Shown: one piece after another, positions 36,395 through 50,830 of the stretch | Layout of the letters: every line of letters begins with the position of its first letter | Numbering within the stretch: the stretch's first letter is position 1 | Assembly (NCBI GenBank): GCA_964187785.1 | Contig: OZ076409.1 | Span: forward strand, 85,376,001 to 85,440,000 | Source of the DNA: Amphiscolops sp. MND2022 | Taxonomy: Eukaryota | Reading direction: 5' to 3' | DNA length: 64,000 nt | The notes under the pieces: generated by a model | The model's input: only the letters and a program-made list of their open reading frames with translations | The model's database searches: none | What the model was told of the DNA's origin: nothing | Program-made: the position numbers and the translations under genes

Positions 36395-37380
36395 GTAGGT
36401 TGCGTAAAAAAGGTAAAAAATGAAAGGGGGACCCTTTTGCACTAATTTCCGGACTTGGCCTCTTATGCTAGTAGTTTTAGTAGTTTCGATTGTAAGAAAA
36501 GTGGCCCAATCCGAGTGAGATTGTAGTCTGACGAAAAAAAAAGAAAAAAAAACAAGCCACTGTAAAAGTCGGGCACTTTTCCCTAGAAAAGCACCGACTA
36601 AAAAGGGGGAACGTCTCACAGTGCGGAAAAAAGTGGATAGGTGACCCTTCAGCTTTGGAATGGTTTTGTATTTAATGTAAGAGGCTTTGAATGCATTCAA
36701 AATCAGGTACAAGTATTTATGATAAAAGTGCACAGCGCCAGCGCACATAACGTGGAACATTCAGAGTGAGACTGACAAAAAAAACAAGCTGGGAACGGCC
36801 CAAGTCTAAGGCTCAAAAATAGCAAACAGGCTTCAAAGTGTCAAAGTATTCTACAGTACCTGAAAAACTCAAAAGTTCAACCGAATTGGTGCACCAAAGG
36901 GGACACTGAGATTTTTCATCCATTCTGTCGCAAATCAACAAAAAATTGAAAGGGGTGTCTTTTGGTGAAAAAAAATTGAAAAAAGTCTCACAATGCCAAA
37001 AAAACTGAAAAGGGACCCTTGGGGAAGTTTTTTTCGAAAAAAAATGTTTCACAGAGCCGAAAATACTCTAAGGGAGTACCTTTTGGTCCCGTTGAGTTTC
37101 TTAGATGATGTAAAAATACTACTTCGTAAGCTAAGTAAGAATTGTAAGAAATTGTAAGATTGTAAGAATTGTAAGAAAAGTGGACCATTCAGAGTGAGAA
37201 AGTCAGCAGAAAAAAAAACTACCCACTGTAATAGTCGGGCTTTTTTCCTTAAGAAAAAAGGCGCCGACTAAAAATTAGTCTCTGTAATAGGTTTTTTCTT
37301 AATGAAAAAGCGCCTACTAAAAACACGACGAAAAGTCACTATAATAGTCGCGTATTGTTCCGTAAAGCGCCGCGCAAAAA
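36395..37380 (-). mobile_element. Nested HINE-like copies: right halves plus an extra copy at 36784-37274
   Basis: CCGACTAAAAA-type ends at ~36604, ~37274 and ~37322. Confidence 0.65.
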
Positions 37381-38079
37381 TTGAACGAAATTGTTTCCCA
37401 ATGTAAGTCCTGCAAAAAATGTGAACGACACTTGGATTCTAGCCTAGATTTGATTTGAAACATACTTTGTGGGAAACTATTGGGTGAAAAATTGGAGAAG
37501 CAGAACCCTCTGAAACTAGAATTTTTCATTTTGTTAGAAGAAATAGAAACAAACATGAGCGCAAATGCCGTTGCACGATGAATCAAGCGTCATTAGGTTA
37601 GCACTTCCGCGAAGTTCAAACTGTAATGATATCAGATCGCAGCGTTGAGCTAATGCTTCAAGACTATTCAGAAAATTGTTTCCTAAAATCGAAGTTATTC
37701 TCTCTTCCTACTTAACGAAATTTGCCTGAAGAAATAGGTAGTGCGGGAAACTCGAGTGCATTTCAAGTCATGCGGATCGATCACACAACTTGCAATTAAT
37801 CAGCTGAAAAAAAATGCAACTTTGTGACAATCTACGCATTATCTCATGAAGTCTATGGCATTATATTTCCACTTTAGAAGCAGCCCTTTTCATATGTTGC
37901 TAGCTCTAAGCTCTACAAAACTACTACTACTGCGTAAAACGTTAGCTATCTTGAAAATTTTCCAAAAATGAACAATAAAGCATTTAGGACGTGGTATGAA
38001 AATTAGACAGTAAGAAACCCGTACTGGCACCCCACCGCAATCCACCAGTGACCACCGGGGTTACCAATTTCGTTTTCAC

Positions 38080-38775
38080 CTGTGACCACCGGTGGAAAAT
38101 TTTTCAAAAATTCTAAAACGAATTTTGAAATTCAAATCACGCGCTCGAGCATGCTTGCCAGTAAAATTTTGCTTGTCATCATTTTCCAGTTAAAATGCGT
38201 ATTGTTTCTGGTTTTGAACAAACATTGGTTATTTCAGAGGGTTGCCTTAATGACCCGGGTAGCATTAAGGACGCTTTTTGGCACCACGTTTCCTGGAACC
38301 GCTCGTGGTAGGATGTTACGAATTTTGGGTTATATTATCAAAACGTTTAGATGAAAATGGTCTAGATGGGAGGGAGAATAAGATCTAAAGAATACGATTC
38401 AAATTATTCCACCCTCCAGGTCCAGATTTTGGAAGATCGCGATACAGATCTGAAATCATTGTATTTTGTTGAAATATATGTCCCAAAATCGTTTTCCCAA
38501 TAGGGTTCTGTATTTTAATGGTATAAGATCTAAAAACACTGTATTTTCATGGAATAAAACCTAAAATCAGTGTATTTTGGTAGAAAAAGGCCTATAATCC
38601 ATTTCCTGATAGAATAAGATCTAAAATCACTGTATTTTGATGGAATAAGTCTCAAAATCACACTGGAAGGATACCAACCTGGGATTGGTACTGATTTATT
38701 GGTGGATTTGTGTATGGATTGGTGGAGCCATCTGTGGCCAGTGGTGTAATTGTCAATTTCCACCGGTGACCACAC
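38080..38775. mobile_element. Possible MITE with imperfect TIRs and internal tandem subrepeats
   Basis: CACCGGTGGAAA / TTTCCACCGGTG inverted ends; AATAAGATCTAAAATCACTGTATTTT-like units at 38378-38665. Confidence 0.5.
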
Positions 38776-41319
38776 ACTGTAAGAAAACTTTAGAGGACGA
38801 AGAAAACAGCCATACTTTGAATGTGAATGTTAGGAACTGTTTTGTCGTTTTGTTTACGCTAAGAATGCTCCAAAGTGTTCCGGCTAGCATATGTCTCTGA
38901 AACGTACTAGATGCCTGTAAATATGCTACGTACATAATGCATCAAAAGGAACTGAAAAACAAGGTTACTTCCAAAATTGACATTTTTGACCAACCTTCGA
39001 CGTTGTTTTGGCCAAAACATTTCAACGTTGGAACGCTTCACAGGGTTGAAGGCAACTAGAACTCTTGACGATTCAACGCCTACAAAACAACCAAACAATA
39101 GAAGGCTGAAACCCAGTGACTCAGTAACATGAAGTTGATTAAGGGTTTTATAACTTTTTATCGTTTCGACGGATCGTCGCGAGCCTCTGTGAACTGCCTC
39201 GTGGTTTTGACCAGTTGGAAAAAGTTCCTGAGCAAGTTAGTAGGAATGTTTTTCACTGAAGTTGTTTTTTTTTCCTAACGTTCAACTACGTTTTGATCAA
39301 AACCTCTAAAACCGAAGGAATTTTTTGGCCGAACTGTAGCCTAGTGTATTGTGAAATTAAAGCATTACCCAAAACATGTTTGGAGAAATGGACCTGAATA
39401 GAGAAAAACAGCCACTTGCCTAAAATTTCACGAAGTAAAAAGTGTCGCAAAAGGGCAATAACAAAATTTCAATGATTTTGAATGACTCTGAAGCCTGATC
39501 AAAATCTTGAAATTTGCACTCAAAGATTCCTTCAGAAACTGACATCTTTTCCGTTGAGTTCTCAGTAGATTTCGGTGTTCCTCATTTGGAATCATCTGAA
39601 GAAGCAACTCTCGTCAAGGTTACACGAACATCTTGCACATTTGGAGTTGTTCGACGATACGTAATTAAAGTGTTTCTCTCAGTAATGAGAAGTTAGTTTT
39701 CAACCTCATAATTCGAGATGACTGATCAAAAAAACTAATTGACAGAAGTATCCTCTGAGTACGCAGATTGACATGAAGATATTTATTGGACATCTAAGAC
39801 AAACAGGAAATGTCATTGCCAATTTCCGTATTTTACAGAAATGGAATATCTTTTCTTCTTTCCTTGCTGAATAATCTGGGCGTCTTTGAATTTCGTAATT
39901 TCGAAGGACAATGCAAATGACTTTCATTTACATAAATCTCTCTAAAAACCCCAGAAGCAAAATTTTTCATCGCGTAGCGATGTCCTTGAAAGCAACGAAG
40001 CTTTTCTTTTGTTATTATTTCGAAAATCCCATTCTGTAAATCAGTTTTTACAATTTTTTCCGCTCAACAGGATTTAACTTTGCCACTAGAGTTTAGTTTG
40101 CCGAGAAATCCTTTCGAAAAAATATCGGAAAGCAACTGTGGAAAACGTTCAGAAAAACACTTGAGTTTTCTCCGGTTCTGCATTGAATTGAAGAATGAAA
40201 ATACTAAAATAATTTTTGGAATGTTTGAAATTTTTCCTTCAAGTTCTCTGTGTCGAATAAAAATGTCCAAGGGGAGCTTCTTGTCTCGTAATGCCGTAAT
40301 TGTCACATATAGAGAAACATCGGCGCAACTACAGCAGCCCTTGAGACCACGCATTCTCTGTGAATGAGAACACATTATTCTTACCCTAGTCGAAGTTGCC
40401 GCGAAGATTTACAGGCACCTTCAAAAAATGCCTGCTAATTTCTTTATAAAACATGGAAAATTCAGGGACCATGCATGGAGACATTTTGTAGGATTACTAT
40501 GCAGCTTTCACTATTCTAGTTAAAACTGAAAACAATTCCATTTCTTCACCACCGCGATCACTTTGTTTTCACGCGTAAGTTTCTCAAGCAACTTATGTAA
40601 ACACCATTAGTCGAATAGCACGCTGAATATCACGCTACTTTGAAACTTATAATGTGACTGAAAATTATTTGCATTGAAACCGCGGTAAAATTGATGAAGG
40701 TCTCAGCTGCTTTCAAAATTAGAACGGCGTCTTCATGAAATCTGCAAAACTTCACGGCTCGGAATTGCCGCCAAATTTAGGATGCATCTTATAGGCAGCT
40801 TGTTAAATTTAAATTGCATCAGTGAAGTTTTCATGCATGGACGTTTCCTTGAGAAATTTATAAAATCATGAAAAAGTAACTTGGTAGCCTACAAAAACTT
40901 GCAAAAAGTTCAAGCAGTTCCAACTAGGGTACTTGACCTCAAGGCTCTGTCATTGACCTTCCAAACTTATTCCAAATACATTGCAGTTAGATAATTACGT
41001 TTTTTAGTCTACTAGGTCACACCTTAGACCAATATCGGCAGTGTGAGACATTTTTGAGAAAATTTTTTTTTAATGTCACAAATTCGAGGTTTTTGATAAT
41101 TCCAATCAGCAAGAAGGCTTTTATAATCTTAAACCTTTTGTTTTTTTATCGGCCTGAAAATTTTTGCTTTTTTGGCCTGTACAGCTTTGTTCAATTTTTT
41201 TCACCCTATAGTTCAACCAAAGGGGGAATTCACAAACGCCGTGTCAAGCTCTGAAACTTTTCAATCTGAAAAGAAATGAAAAAAAGCAAACAAGTTTATT
41301 TTTTAAAAGCATATATGAA

Positions 41320-42011
41320 ACAAGCCGGGAACGGCCCAAGTCGGCGCCATATCTAAGGCTCAAAAATAGCAAAATTTGAAATTTTTTTTGAAAATTTTTT
41401 GAATTTTTTTTGGTCCTCGGTAAGTCGCATGGTGCCGACAAATGTAAAAGGGGGCATTTGGGAGTTTCTGAACATCCATTCTTTGGAAAAATAGGAAAAA
41501 ATGAAGGGGGACCCATTGGAGACATTTAAAAAATTTGCGAAAAAAAAGTCTCACTAAGCCGAAAACAACTATTGGAAGCATTTGAAAAAAATATATATTT
41601 TTTAGAAGTATCCGGTAAAGTCGCACAGTGCCGAAAAACCCAAAAAGAGGTCATTTAGGCCCATTAAACGTTTTTTACAAACCGAAAACTTCAAAAAAAT
41701 GCAAGGGGTACCCTTTGATGATATTCGAAAATTTTCGAAAAAAGTCGCAGAGTGCCGAAAAAAACCCAAAGAGGGGACCCTTTGGTCTCACCTGCTGTAC
41801 TGTTGGAAGCATAAAAATATTACGGTTTAGTGCGAGAATCGAACCCCCGCTCTCCGGCTTCAGAAATTTAGTCGAAGATGAACAACAGAACAGATGAACA
41901 AATTGTAAAAAGTGGACCATTCAGAGTGAGATTGTAAGCTGAAAAAGAAAAAAAACTACCCACTGTAATAGTCGGGCTTTTTTCCTTAAGGGAAAAGGCG
42001 CCGACTAAAAA
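41320..42011 (-). mobile_element. HINE-like repeat, complete copy
   Basis: ACAAGCCGGGAACGGCCCAAGTCGGCGC...AATAGTCGGGC...GCGCCGACTAAAAA. Confidence 0.65.
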
Positions 42012-42318
42012 TAAGCATATAAAAAGAGGATGATTTTTATTTTACCTACGAAAATGCTAAGCACTATATCCGAATTTTTGACGTTATTCCCGAGTTCCTG
42101 CGTCTTTACAAGATTAAACAAGGGTTCGAATTTTTTGTGTTCGAATCAATTATTGTTTCTAACTTCAACTATATTGAAATTGTGACTTGACGTTTAAAAC
42201 GGCAAAAATTCCAATATCTGTTTTTCCAGAATTAGGTCGTGTAAAGAATAAAGTATGAGAAGAAAATTACTTGCTTTTAAGTTACCTTTTTCAGGCCCTA
42301 TATACAAATATGCGTGAG

Positions 42319-43887
42319 CTAGTTTTCATATCATAAGAGGCATTTCAGTTGAGACGATTCCCTTACTTTTTTGTTTTGAAATTATTCGTTGTTTTTGAGC
42401 AATTTTTGTTTTGAAATAATTGAGATCTGAACGTGTCGTATTCTTTTATAGGCCTCTCAAAACATTAAACGAAAAATTTTGCGTATCGTTTGAGGTAGTG
42501 TTTTACACGGAAAAAAAGTAGCCCGAGAACTTTTGGTGACCATTTGTTACTGAAGTGTACTATAGATCTCATGTGGAAAAAGGGTTCATGTGTAAAAGGC
42601 AATCAAAGGGAAGCTGTTGACGAACTTCTAAAACCAAGAAAATTGAAGTGCCTCAAAAACAACATTTTTTCACTCATATTGCTTTGGTCGAATTTATTTA
42701 GAGCCGAAAACGTATCGCCAAAAGATGCCAAAAATCAAAACGGTTCTGAAACAAGAGGGGTGCTTAATCTCTAATAGACGTGTAAGAAAGAAAATTCAGT
42801 ATTAAAATTTGACTTGTCTGTAGCTATTCTTTTTCAATATGTTAGCACAGGCTTCATCTGCACCTATATGGCAGCACAGGTATTTAATCAATAATATAAT
42901 TGGGCGCAAACAAGAAAGCAGACTAATTAGTTTCTAAAGTCTACATGAGTTCGTCTCTCCTCTACATTTCCCCTTCTACTATTTGCTTGTGATCGGCAAA
43001 TGGGGGCGTTCTGCTTTCTATTGTGGCGGTCATTCCTCCACTGGTCCAGTGTTTGGTGGACGGTTAACCGCTCCCGGCAGTTTGTTCAAATCCGGTTTGT
43101 AATTGGCCGTAACGTCTGGATTTGATTCTTTGACCGGTCTAAAGGTTCTTGTCGTTCCTTTCCGGTTCAGCTTCTGGTTAACATGGTGTGGCCCCCGAGT
43201 TTAGTCTTTTTACGGTGTTTCCTGTAATGACAAACCGGTTTTTTATATCTAACAATTGGATTAGTTTTTGTCAATCTCTTTGATCTGCGTATGGGTTCTT
43301 TTTCTTCAGTGTCACTTTCAGTACTTGAGCTCAGATTACTTGCTAGGTCTATATCAGAGTTTTCAAGATTGTCTTCTATTGTGTTCGACTTTGTGTTTTT
43401 ATCAGTAGATACCTTACCGTTCTCAACCCGGATAAAAAATTCCTGGCCTGCGCATTTAGCGTCTTCTATGGCACGGTCTACTTCTAGTTTTCATATCATA
43501 AGACGCATTTCAGTTGAGATGATGACCGTACTTTTTTGTTTTGAAAATATTTGTTGTTTTTGAACAATTTTCGTTTTGAAATAATTGAGATCTGAAAGTG
43601 TCGTATTCTCTTTCATAGGCCTCTCAAAACATTAAACGAAAAACTGGTTAAGACGAAAATAGTAATATAGCCCGAGAACTTTTGAGGACCTTTTGTTACT
43701 GAAGGGTGGTACTATTGATCTCATGTGTAAAACGTAATCAAAGGAAGCTGTTGACGAGCTTCTAAAACCAAAAATCGAAGTGCCTCAAACACAACACTTT
43801 TTGACTGATATTGCTTTGGTCGAATTTTTTTGGAGCCGCAAACGTATCGCCCGAAGACATGCCAAAAGTCAAAACGGTTCTGAAACA
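42319..43887. repeat. Diverged direct repeat pair (42319-42753 and 43484-43887)
   Basis: Both run CTAGTTTTCATATCATAAGA...AAAACGGTTCTGAAACA. Confidence 0.85.
42781..43483 (-). mobile_element. Truncated gypsy-like 3' end: pol tail, PPT and ~186-bp LTR (42781-42966)
   Basis: Minus frame ...EPIRRSKRLTKTNPIVRY...; PPT GAAGGGGAAA directly before TGTA; LTR ends in TACA. Confidence 0.65.
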
Positions 43888-44192
43888 GTAACAGGTCTGA
43901 GGTGCAACAGGCACTGCGATATTTTTTGTATTTTGTGAACAAAAAATATCTAAGGTGACGTTTCAAACTTTAAAAATTCCAACCGAAAATATCACAAAAA
44001 ACTATTTAGTAGCTTTTTTGAAAATTAGTTTGTTTAAAAAAGTCTCCTAATGACGAAGTGTGTGACCCTTCATGTTCAAAAAACGCGTATTCTAAACTTG
44101 TTGAGAAAATTGTCAACAACCTCAAAGGACCAACATATAACAAAGAGATCACACTCAAGACTGGGAACACGGTTTTCCTCGACACAAACCCC

Positions 44193-44642
44193 GGTGAGGC
44201 AACGATTGAGTCCCAAAACAAATTGAGTCCCAAATTCAAAAATCGTCAATTGAGTCCCGCGACAATTGAGTCCCAAATAAATTACTTTGACGAACTTACC
44301 AAATGCCGACAGTTGAGTCCCAAATGTAAATAGCGACAATTGAAAAGGTTGCATATTTGTTTTATGGCTCGGTCGCTTCGCTCCCTTCGCCAAGTAGCAA
44401 CATTGAGGCATGGCCATATGGCACGTCGCTCCGCTTCGCTTCGCTCCTGCATTTAGGGCACTAGGGGTATGTGAACATATCTGACTACGTTATAATAATA
44501 TTTCATTTCTGAATTATTTGGGACTCAATTGTCGCGGGACTCAATTGTCGACCCCCTACATTTAATTTATTTTGGGACTCAATTTGTTTTGGGACTCAAT
44601 TGTCGCTTTTTGCATTTGGGACTCAATCGTTTCCCAATTTCC
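44193..44642. mobile_element. Foldback/MULE-type MITE
   Basis: CACAAACCCC duplicated at 44183-44192 and 44643-44652; GG...CC ends; five TTGAGTCCC motifs on the left mirrored by five GGGACTCAA on the right. Confidence 0.8.
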
Positions 44643-45935
44643 CACAAACCCCACGTACGCGCAGAATCATTCACGACGCAGAGAAACCCACTTTAACCTC
44701 CAAGCAAGTAGACAGAAACTAATTTCATTCGGTTGAAACTGGGGAGGAAAAATTAAAAAATTCTCCGTTGAAACAGATTTTTCGCTTCGTAGGAAAACTA
44801 CAAATTATAAACCCCCCTCCGCAGGAATAATGTTTTTGAGAGATTAGAATATCTTTTGTGACACAGTTGGGCTGTTTTGCAATCTGCTCGATGTCTCAGT
44901 AGATTTTCAGATAGCTTCTTATCTACTTCTTATCTAAATGCTTGAGATCGTGCAATAAAAGGTTAATGTTTATAAAAGCCCGGCACTGATTCAGTTGGCT
45001 ACCGGTTCACGCATAATCGAGTGGATGCACACTTCTAGGACAAAGTAACAAAGAACTCAGATATGTAAAAGCAAACCTAAAATCGAAAGCGTTCGACGGA
45101 TGTCACAAGCGGCTGCCTTCGACGGTAGTTATAATACTCTTGTAGTCGGAAAATGTGATAACAAAGCCCTCCCAAAAATACCCTCCTCTTAGATAAATGT
45201 CTTCGTCTTCAGATTAGTAGCTCAATCAAACTATTAAACATTTTGGAGCTTATATGGTTTTAAAAGCATTCACTTTTACCAAGTTTGATACACACAATTT
45301 GCAGACCTAAATCTCTGATAACTTTGAAAATAGCAATTTGATAATAGGAAATCAATATGCGACAGATAGGCTTGAAAGAACCGTTAGATGTTTCTCGACT
45401 AGTTGTTTCTTGAAATGTTAAATTTGAGCGCTTAAGAAATATGTTCGCAATATATAATTATAAGGTTAGATTCATTTCTACGTTGCTTTGATACCCTTTT
45501 CAAATCATACTAGACAAAATAGATAGAATCCACTCTGTGTCCATTCGACTTTTTATTCATACATGTGACGTCATTATTTGGTCCGCTAAACGATATACTG
45601 CATTTTGGATTGTCCACCTTAAGTCAGCCTGTCCCTAAGTACTCTATTTTTTCGAGTCAGATTTACGTCCGCATATACTACTATGTCCATTTCATGTCAG
45701 CGCGACTGCATCATAAATAGGTTAAACGCGCTTAATTGTCAGGTACTTAAAAAAACACTAAATTCCCATCATGAAATGAAAATTAAAAACATGTCATTTA
45801 AGACAGGTAGTGTACACATATATTTTTAAAAAATTGGAATTTTTTTTTTTAAAAAGAAGGGCAAACACACATTATTTAACATCTAGTATCAGGTGCATGT
45901 TTAGTAGAATCTGAACTCACGCCAACATTTTTAAA

Positions 45936-46241
45936 CTACTTCTGCGGAATAATCAACTTCTGCTGCATATTTGTGGAGATAATAGCTTTAAGATCCTTCT
46001 TCAGCTTCTCATAGTTAACTTGTTTTCTAATATCACTAGGTAAGATGTTCCATAAGGCAGGTGCCCTATTGAAAAACGATTGTTTCACGAAGTCAGTTTT
46101 GGCTCTTAGGCTGAGGGCGAGTTTTTCTGTTCTTTCATTTTCGGTTATTCTTATAGGTAAATATGTTTCATTTCCAGTATAGGCAGGAAGAAAGTGGTTC
46201 TTCCATTTCCAAATGTAGCAGTTCATTTTCAAGTCTAACAA
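45936..46241 (-). pseudogene. LINE (CR1/L2-like) ORF2 C-terminal fragment
   Basis: KQSFFNRAPALWNILP matches the SFF.R....WN.LP terminal motif. Confidence 0.65.
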
Positions 46242-48306
46242 AGATTGTACGGATAATATTTTGTGTTCTATTTTTACTGTTCTTACTGTTTTTTTGTGTT
46301 CTATTTTTACTGTTTCTAGCTTACTGTTCTTATCGGTAAGCAGAGTTTAAACATAGTTCTTAAGATCTACAAAAACAGGGAACTTGCATATAACGTGTTA
46401 ATCTACACTATGCGCTACTGTTCAGTATTCAGATCCACTAATCTTTTGCTCAATGCTAATTTCTCAATACTGCCATGTAACGTCCAGCTAGCAGCGTACA
46501 TCATAGAAGTGGGATAATGTCTAGGGTGCTTAAACACGAGACCGTTGAATTACTACAGCACTAGACATCAGTTTTTGTCCCAAAATGGTCTCCTAGGGGG
46601 ACTTTCCATACGTCAAAGGAGGCTCCTCAGTTAGAGCTCCGAGGTGACGTGCCGGCACTCTCAAAGTCCGGGCACGTCCCAAAAGCCTGTAAAAACGAAT
46701 CCTAAGGGTCCTAACGTTCCTATGATTTCCTACATACTCCCGAGGTCTAAAAACAGGTGTTTAACTAAATAACAATTTATTGAGGGAATAAGATCTAATT
46801 CAGAGACCTGCTAGGTCAAACATCACCAAGTACCTACAAAAACCACAAATACGGAACAACGGTCTAAGAATAGTTGAAGCCCTCATACCACGTCCATGCA
46901 TTTCCCACACATTGCAAATAAGCAGAAATGAGGGTACAGAACCCTTTCAAACAGATCCCGTTGACGGCGGATAAACAATTTTAACAGGTACAGAAATGGT
47001 CAAAAAGGTACATTGATATAAAACGTCTATTTCTCGTTCCAGACCTCGGATCTCTTTGAAATTTTGTTTCGCTGGATGCTGGACGTTACACCAGTAAGTT
47101 TTGAGTATCTTCTGATGATAAATTTTAGATTTTGTCCTTTTTACAAAAATCCCATTGATTCCCGCGAAGCCCAGACGGTAGAAGGATCTATGGAACAAAA
47201 CAATTGCGGTTGTGCCTCTTGTTTGTAAAACTGGAACCGATCCGGGATTCTAGCATCGGAAGTGCACTAGGTCGACCCCATATAAACAACCCTCGAATGT
47301 TATGAAAAACTTTAGGAGAGGACCCTACGACCATGAAATCCTCCAAACTAATCACCGACCAAAGGTGACTAAAATATTTGGAGGTCACATTAATCGCCCC
47401 ATCCTGCACGGAGTATTGTTTGTTTAAAGTTCGCGAGAACGGCATAAGTAGACATAGGATCTAGACTTCTAAAAGTTCAAACGGATCGCGATAACGTATG
47501 TTTTCGAATGCTGCTACGCTAGCGTAAATTGAATTGTAATTCTGGCCCATTCAATGGTAACCGCCCTGAATAAACGAAACATACGCAAAATGTAACTATG
47601 GACCGCTAAACATAGGACCTTCAATACCGCATACAGGAACGTAACATGATTCATAGATATTTCAAGATCACAGGCCTGCCGCAAGGGCATTTCATGGATC
47701 ATATAGAAAAATACGTCAAAACATGCAAATAAGCGTCATAAGCGTGTTAAGTTATGCATTTCAGTTAGACGAGAGGATTCTCAACCAACCTCACTCACAA
47801 TGACAGAGAAGTACCCCATAAGTGGGCGAACATGTAAACTATGTAATGGAGGGTCATTGAAGGTCCCTACTTTTAATTAATCTTGGTGGACTTGAATTAT
47901 CATGGAATCTGAAATGTGGACAAGTCATTGAACTCTTTGTCTTTGGATGCAAAGAACATTTAGTCGAATATAATTTGTGGTGTCGCCTTGTCATGGAAGG
48001 AATAAGTAAACATGAAAGCGATCTTAAGATGCCGACGCCCAGTAATTTAAAGGGCAAGTATTATAGAAAGTGGAAATGAGATCACTAAAAACACGTGCGA
48101 TGGATAAAAAAGTGAATTGAGGCGGAATTGTAAAATACTGGGTTAGACACAACCTAATTAGAGAGTCTTAGGCAAGTTCGGGAAACGTGTCTCAGCAAAA
48201 AGAACTGGTTCGCCGTCAGCTCCGGAAGCTAGAAGTTGAGTTTCTACAAGTCCGGGAGTTGTGTTTTGCGCTCTAACTTACTTGTCTGAATCGCGAATAA
48301 TTGTCA

Positions 48307-48643
48307 ACAAGACGGGAACGTCTAAAGGCTCAACAAGCCCAAAACATTTTTTTTGGAAAAAAACTTGAAATTTTCGAAAAAATTTTTCTTTCAAAAAATG
48401 TCGCACAGTGCCGAAAAAAATCAAAAGGGGGGACCCTTTAGTCCCGTCCAAGTTTGTAGGTAACGTTTAAAAAGTAAAAAACGAAAGGGGCGACCCTTTG
48501 GAATGCGTTTCCGGGGTATTAGTTTAGTTTCCTTTAGTTGAAGATTTTGAACGTTAATTTTAACGTTCGTCGTTTCGAGTCTGTCTTAAAAAAAGAAAAA
48601 AACGAGTGACTGTAATAGTCGGGCTAGTCGCGCTGACTAAAAA
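48307..48643 (-). mobile_element. HINE-like repeat copy
   Basis: ACAAGACGGGAACGTCT end and AATAGTCGGGC...GACTAAAAA end. Confidence 0.6.
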
Positions 48644-48920
48644 CTGATTGTTGTTACAGAACTAGATTGGACTATCTTTATTAAACACTACTCACAACAA
48701 ATCCTTTTTTTGATAGAAGTAAATTTTTCGGCAATTCTCTCCGCCCTCGAGATCTAACGATGTCTAAATTTTGTACATATGACTGTAGGACACGGGATTT
48801 GATATCATCAAAATACAAAGTTATATCCAAGATCGCTACGATGTACCATGTATGTAATTATTGCGTCTGTTTAGTGTTAGCAACATTGCTTAATTTGTTT
48901 GAACATCCATACCAACATCA

Positions 48921-49216
48921 AACAAGCCAAAAACGAACGGTATAAGTCGGCGCGCGCCATGTCTGAGGCTCAAAAACAGAAAAAGGACTGCAACTTGTGA
49001 AGTATTCTTTTACATTACCTGAAAAACCCAAGAGTTGGACCGAATTGACGCTCTTAAAGGGTGGACGTTTTCGGATTTTCCAACATCTATTCTGTCGCAA
49101 AACATCAAAAAAATTGAAGGGGTTTTTTTGGGAAATTTTCCTCGAAAAAAGTCTCACAGTACCAAAAAAAACTGAAACGAGATCCTTTAGTCTCGTCCGG
49201 TATTGTATGTTGCGCT
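48921..49216 (-). mobile_element. HINE-like partial copy
   Basis: ACAAGCC...AAGTCGGCGC...AGGCTCAAAA end and family internal modules. Confidence 0.5.
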
Positions 49217-50410
49217 AAGATGTATCCGAGTTACATGTAGCTACCGTTTTGACTTTTTTGAATTTTGAAGCAAGATAGCGGTAGTGGTCAGAACGTGCAG
49301 GCAGGCACCGGGTACACTGAAACACCTGTGCGAGCAGTCTCGGAGAGCAAATATAGCCCTGTCAAAACCAACAAACTACAAGCACTGATGATGATCAAGT
49401 AGCAAAATGCCATCATGTTAAGCAATGGACAATTTGTACAAAACTTTCAACCTTTTCGTTAGTAGCCCATCGGTACTCCACTCAGAGCCATTGGTGGTGG
49501 AGGAGGGAATGAGATACACCGGTGTCACACGGGGACCCCTCACTTGTCGCTATACTATGTTCAATGGCTGGGAGCAATGTGGAATTGTGTAATTTTGTAT
49601 TTGTACTAAAAGTATTGATAAAACTTTGAAACAAGGTGAGGAAAATCCTATTTTCCTTTGAACTTGTTTTATACTTTTTTATCTTAATTTGGGCATTCCT
49701 TTAGATTTTTACGGTTGGACTACAGTAGATTCGAAATATAAAATTGAGTTTTTCGAAATTTCACCGACGCGAAATCAAAGTTTATATTGTCGTTTTTTGA
49801 ACTCTTTATACCTTCCTGAACCTCACTTTTAATTTTTGTGAAACATCTTTTGGTGAAAAATTTAGAAATGCGGCAAAAAGCAGACTTCCGAGTTGTGATA
49901 TTTACCCTTAAAATAGAGTCTATATGAATTCCTATGGTCTCCTTTTGGAGATATAAGAATTTTCATTATCAGACACAAAAATTTTGGTTTTAAACATTTT
50001 GTTCTTATCCAAGCTTCAAAATAAGCCTCGGTCTTTTCCCGCTGTTAAAATCGAGTCATCAAAAAAAGTATTTGTAATGAAAGGTTTGCAGAGTTTTTGC
50101 AGCCATGATTAGCTTCAAAAGGCATCATAAAATGCAACATACTCTCAAGAGATAAAAAGCTGCGTTATTTTTGACAAGGATAAAGAATTACTTTTTTCTT
50201 CATCTTTTATGGGTAATCATAATTATAGCTTAAGTATTCCGAAACCTTCAAGTAATCAAAATTTAACTGCTTTTTAACTGCTTGAAAAACCCATAGATTT
50301 CTAAGGACTGCCAAGCCCGATTGACTCAGCAATTAAGTGTAATGATGAGAAAATGAAGTGTCGAAAATCTATGAGGAATAACTAAGATTTATGTTTCGCG
50401 GGCAACTGTT

Positions 50411-50830
50411 ATTAGTCGGCGTTTTCAGAGAAAAGCACGATTTTTACTGTGGCTAGATTTTTTCTCGAGTAGCAATGATCCGTTCACTTTTACGGAGAAC
50501 AGTTGAAGCGCAAAAATTATTCATACGGAAAAGACCATTTGGCCCAGCCAGCAGGCTATATTCGAATTGATGACGTTATATCCGAAGGGATTTGCGTTTC
50601 ACTAGAGGAGTAGTGGAAAAAAACTTCCACTATATCCGAATTTTTGACGTTAAATCCGAACTATAGTGAGTTTTACAAAGGAGGAGGCTAGGATCAAAAA
50701 GCGCTCCCACGTGACCCGCTATATCCGAACCTTTGACGTTATATCCGAAGGAAATTACGTTCTACTAAGGAGAATGCGGATGTTAAGAATTTTGCGCTAT
50801 ATACGATTTTTAGCCATTATAACCGAAGTA
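50411..50830 (+). repeat. Degenerate HINE-like end followed by tandem CTATATCCGAA...TTTGACGTTATATCCGAA units
   Basis: TTAGTCGGCG at 50412; about four ~80-bp units; related to sequence beside the (CCT)n tract in reverse orientation. Confidence 0.5.

Noticed and set aside
41825..41860. tRNA-like B box (GGTTCGATTC on the minus strand), also ~62391-62415
   Set aside because: No cloverleaf or A box; it is part of the repeat interior.
46947..48057. Cluster of short minus-strand ORFs in higher-GC sequence
   Set aside because: Probably a decayed retroelement, but no diagnostic motif was recognised.
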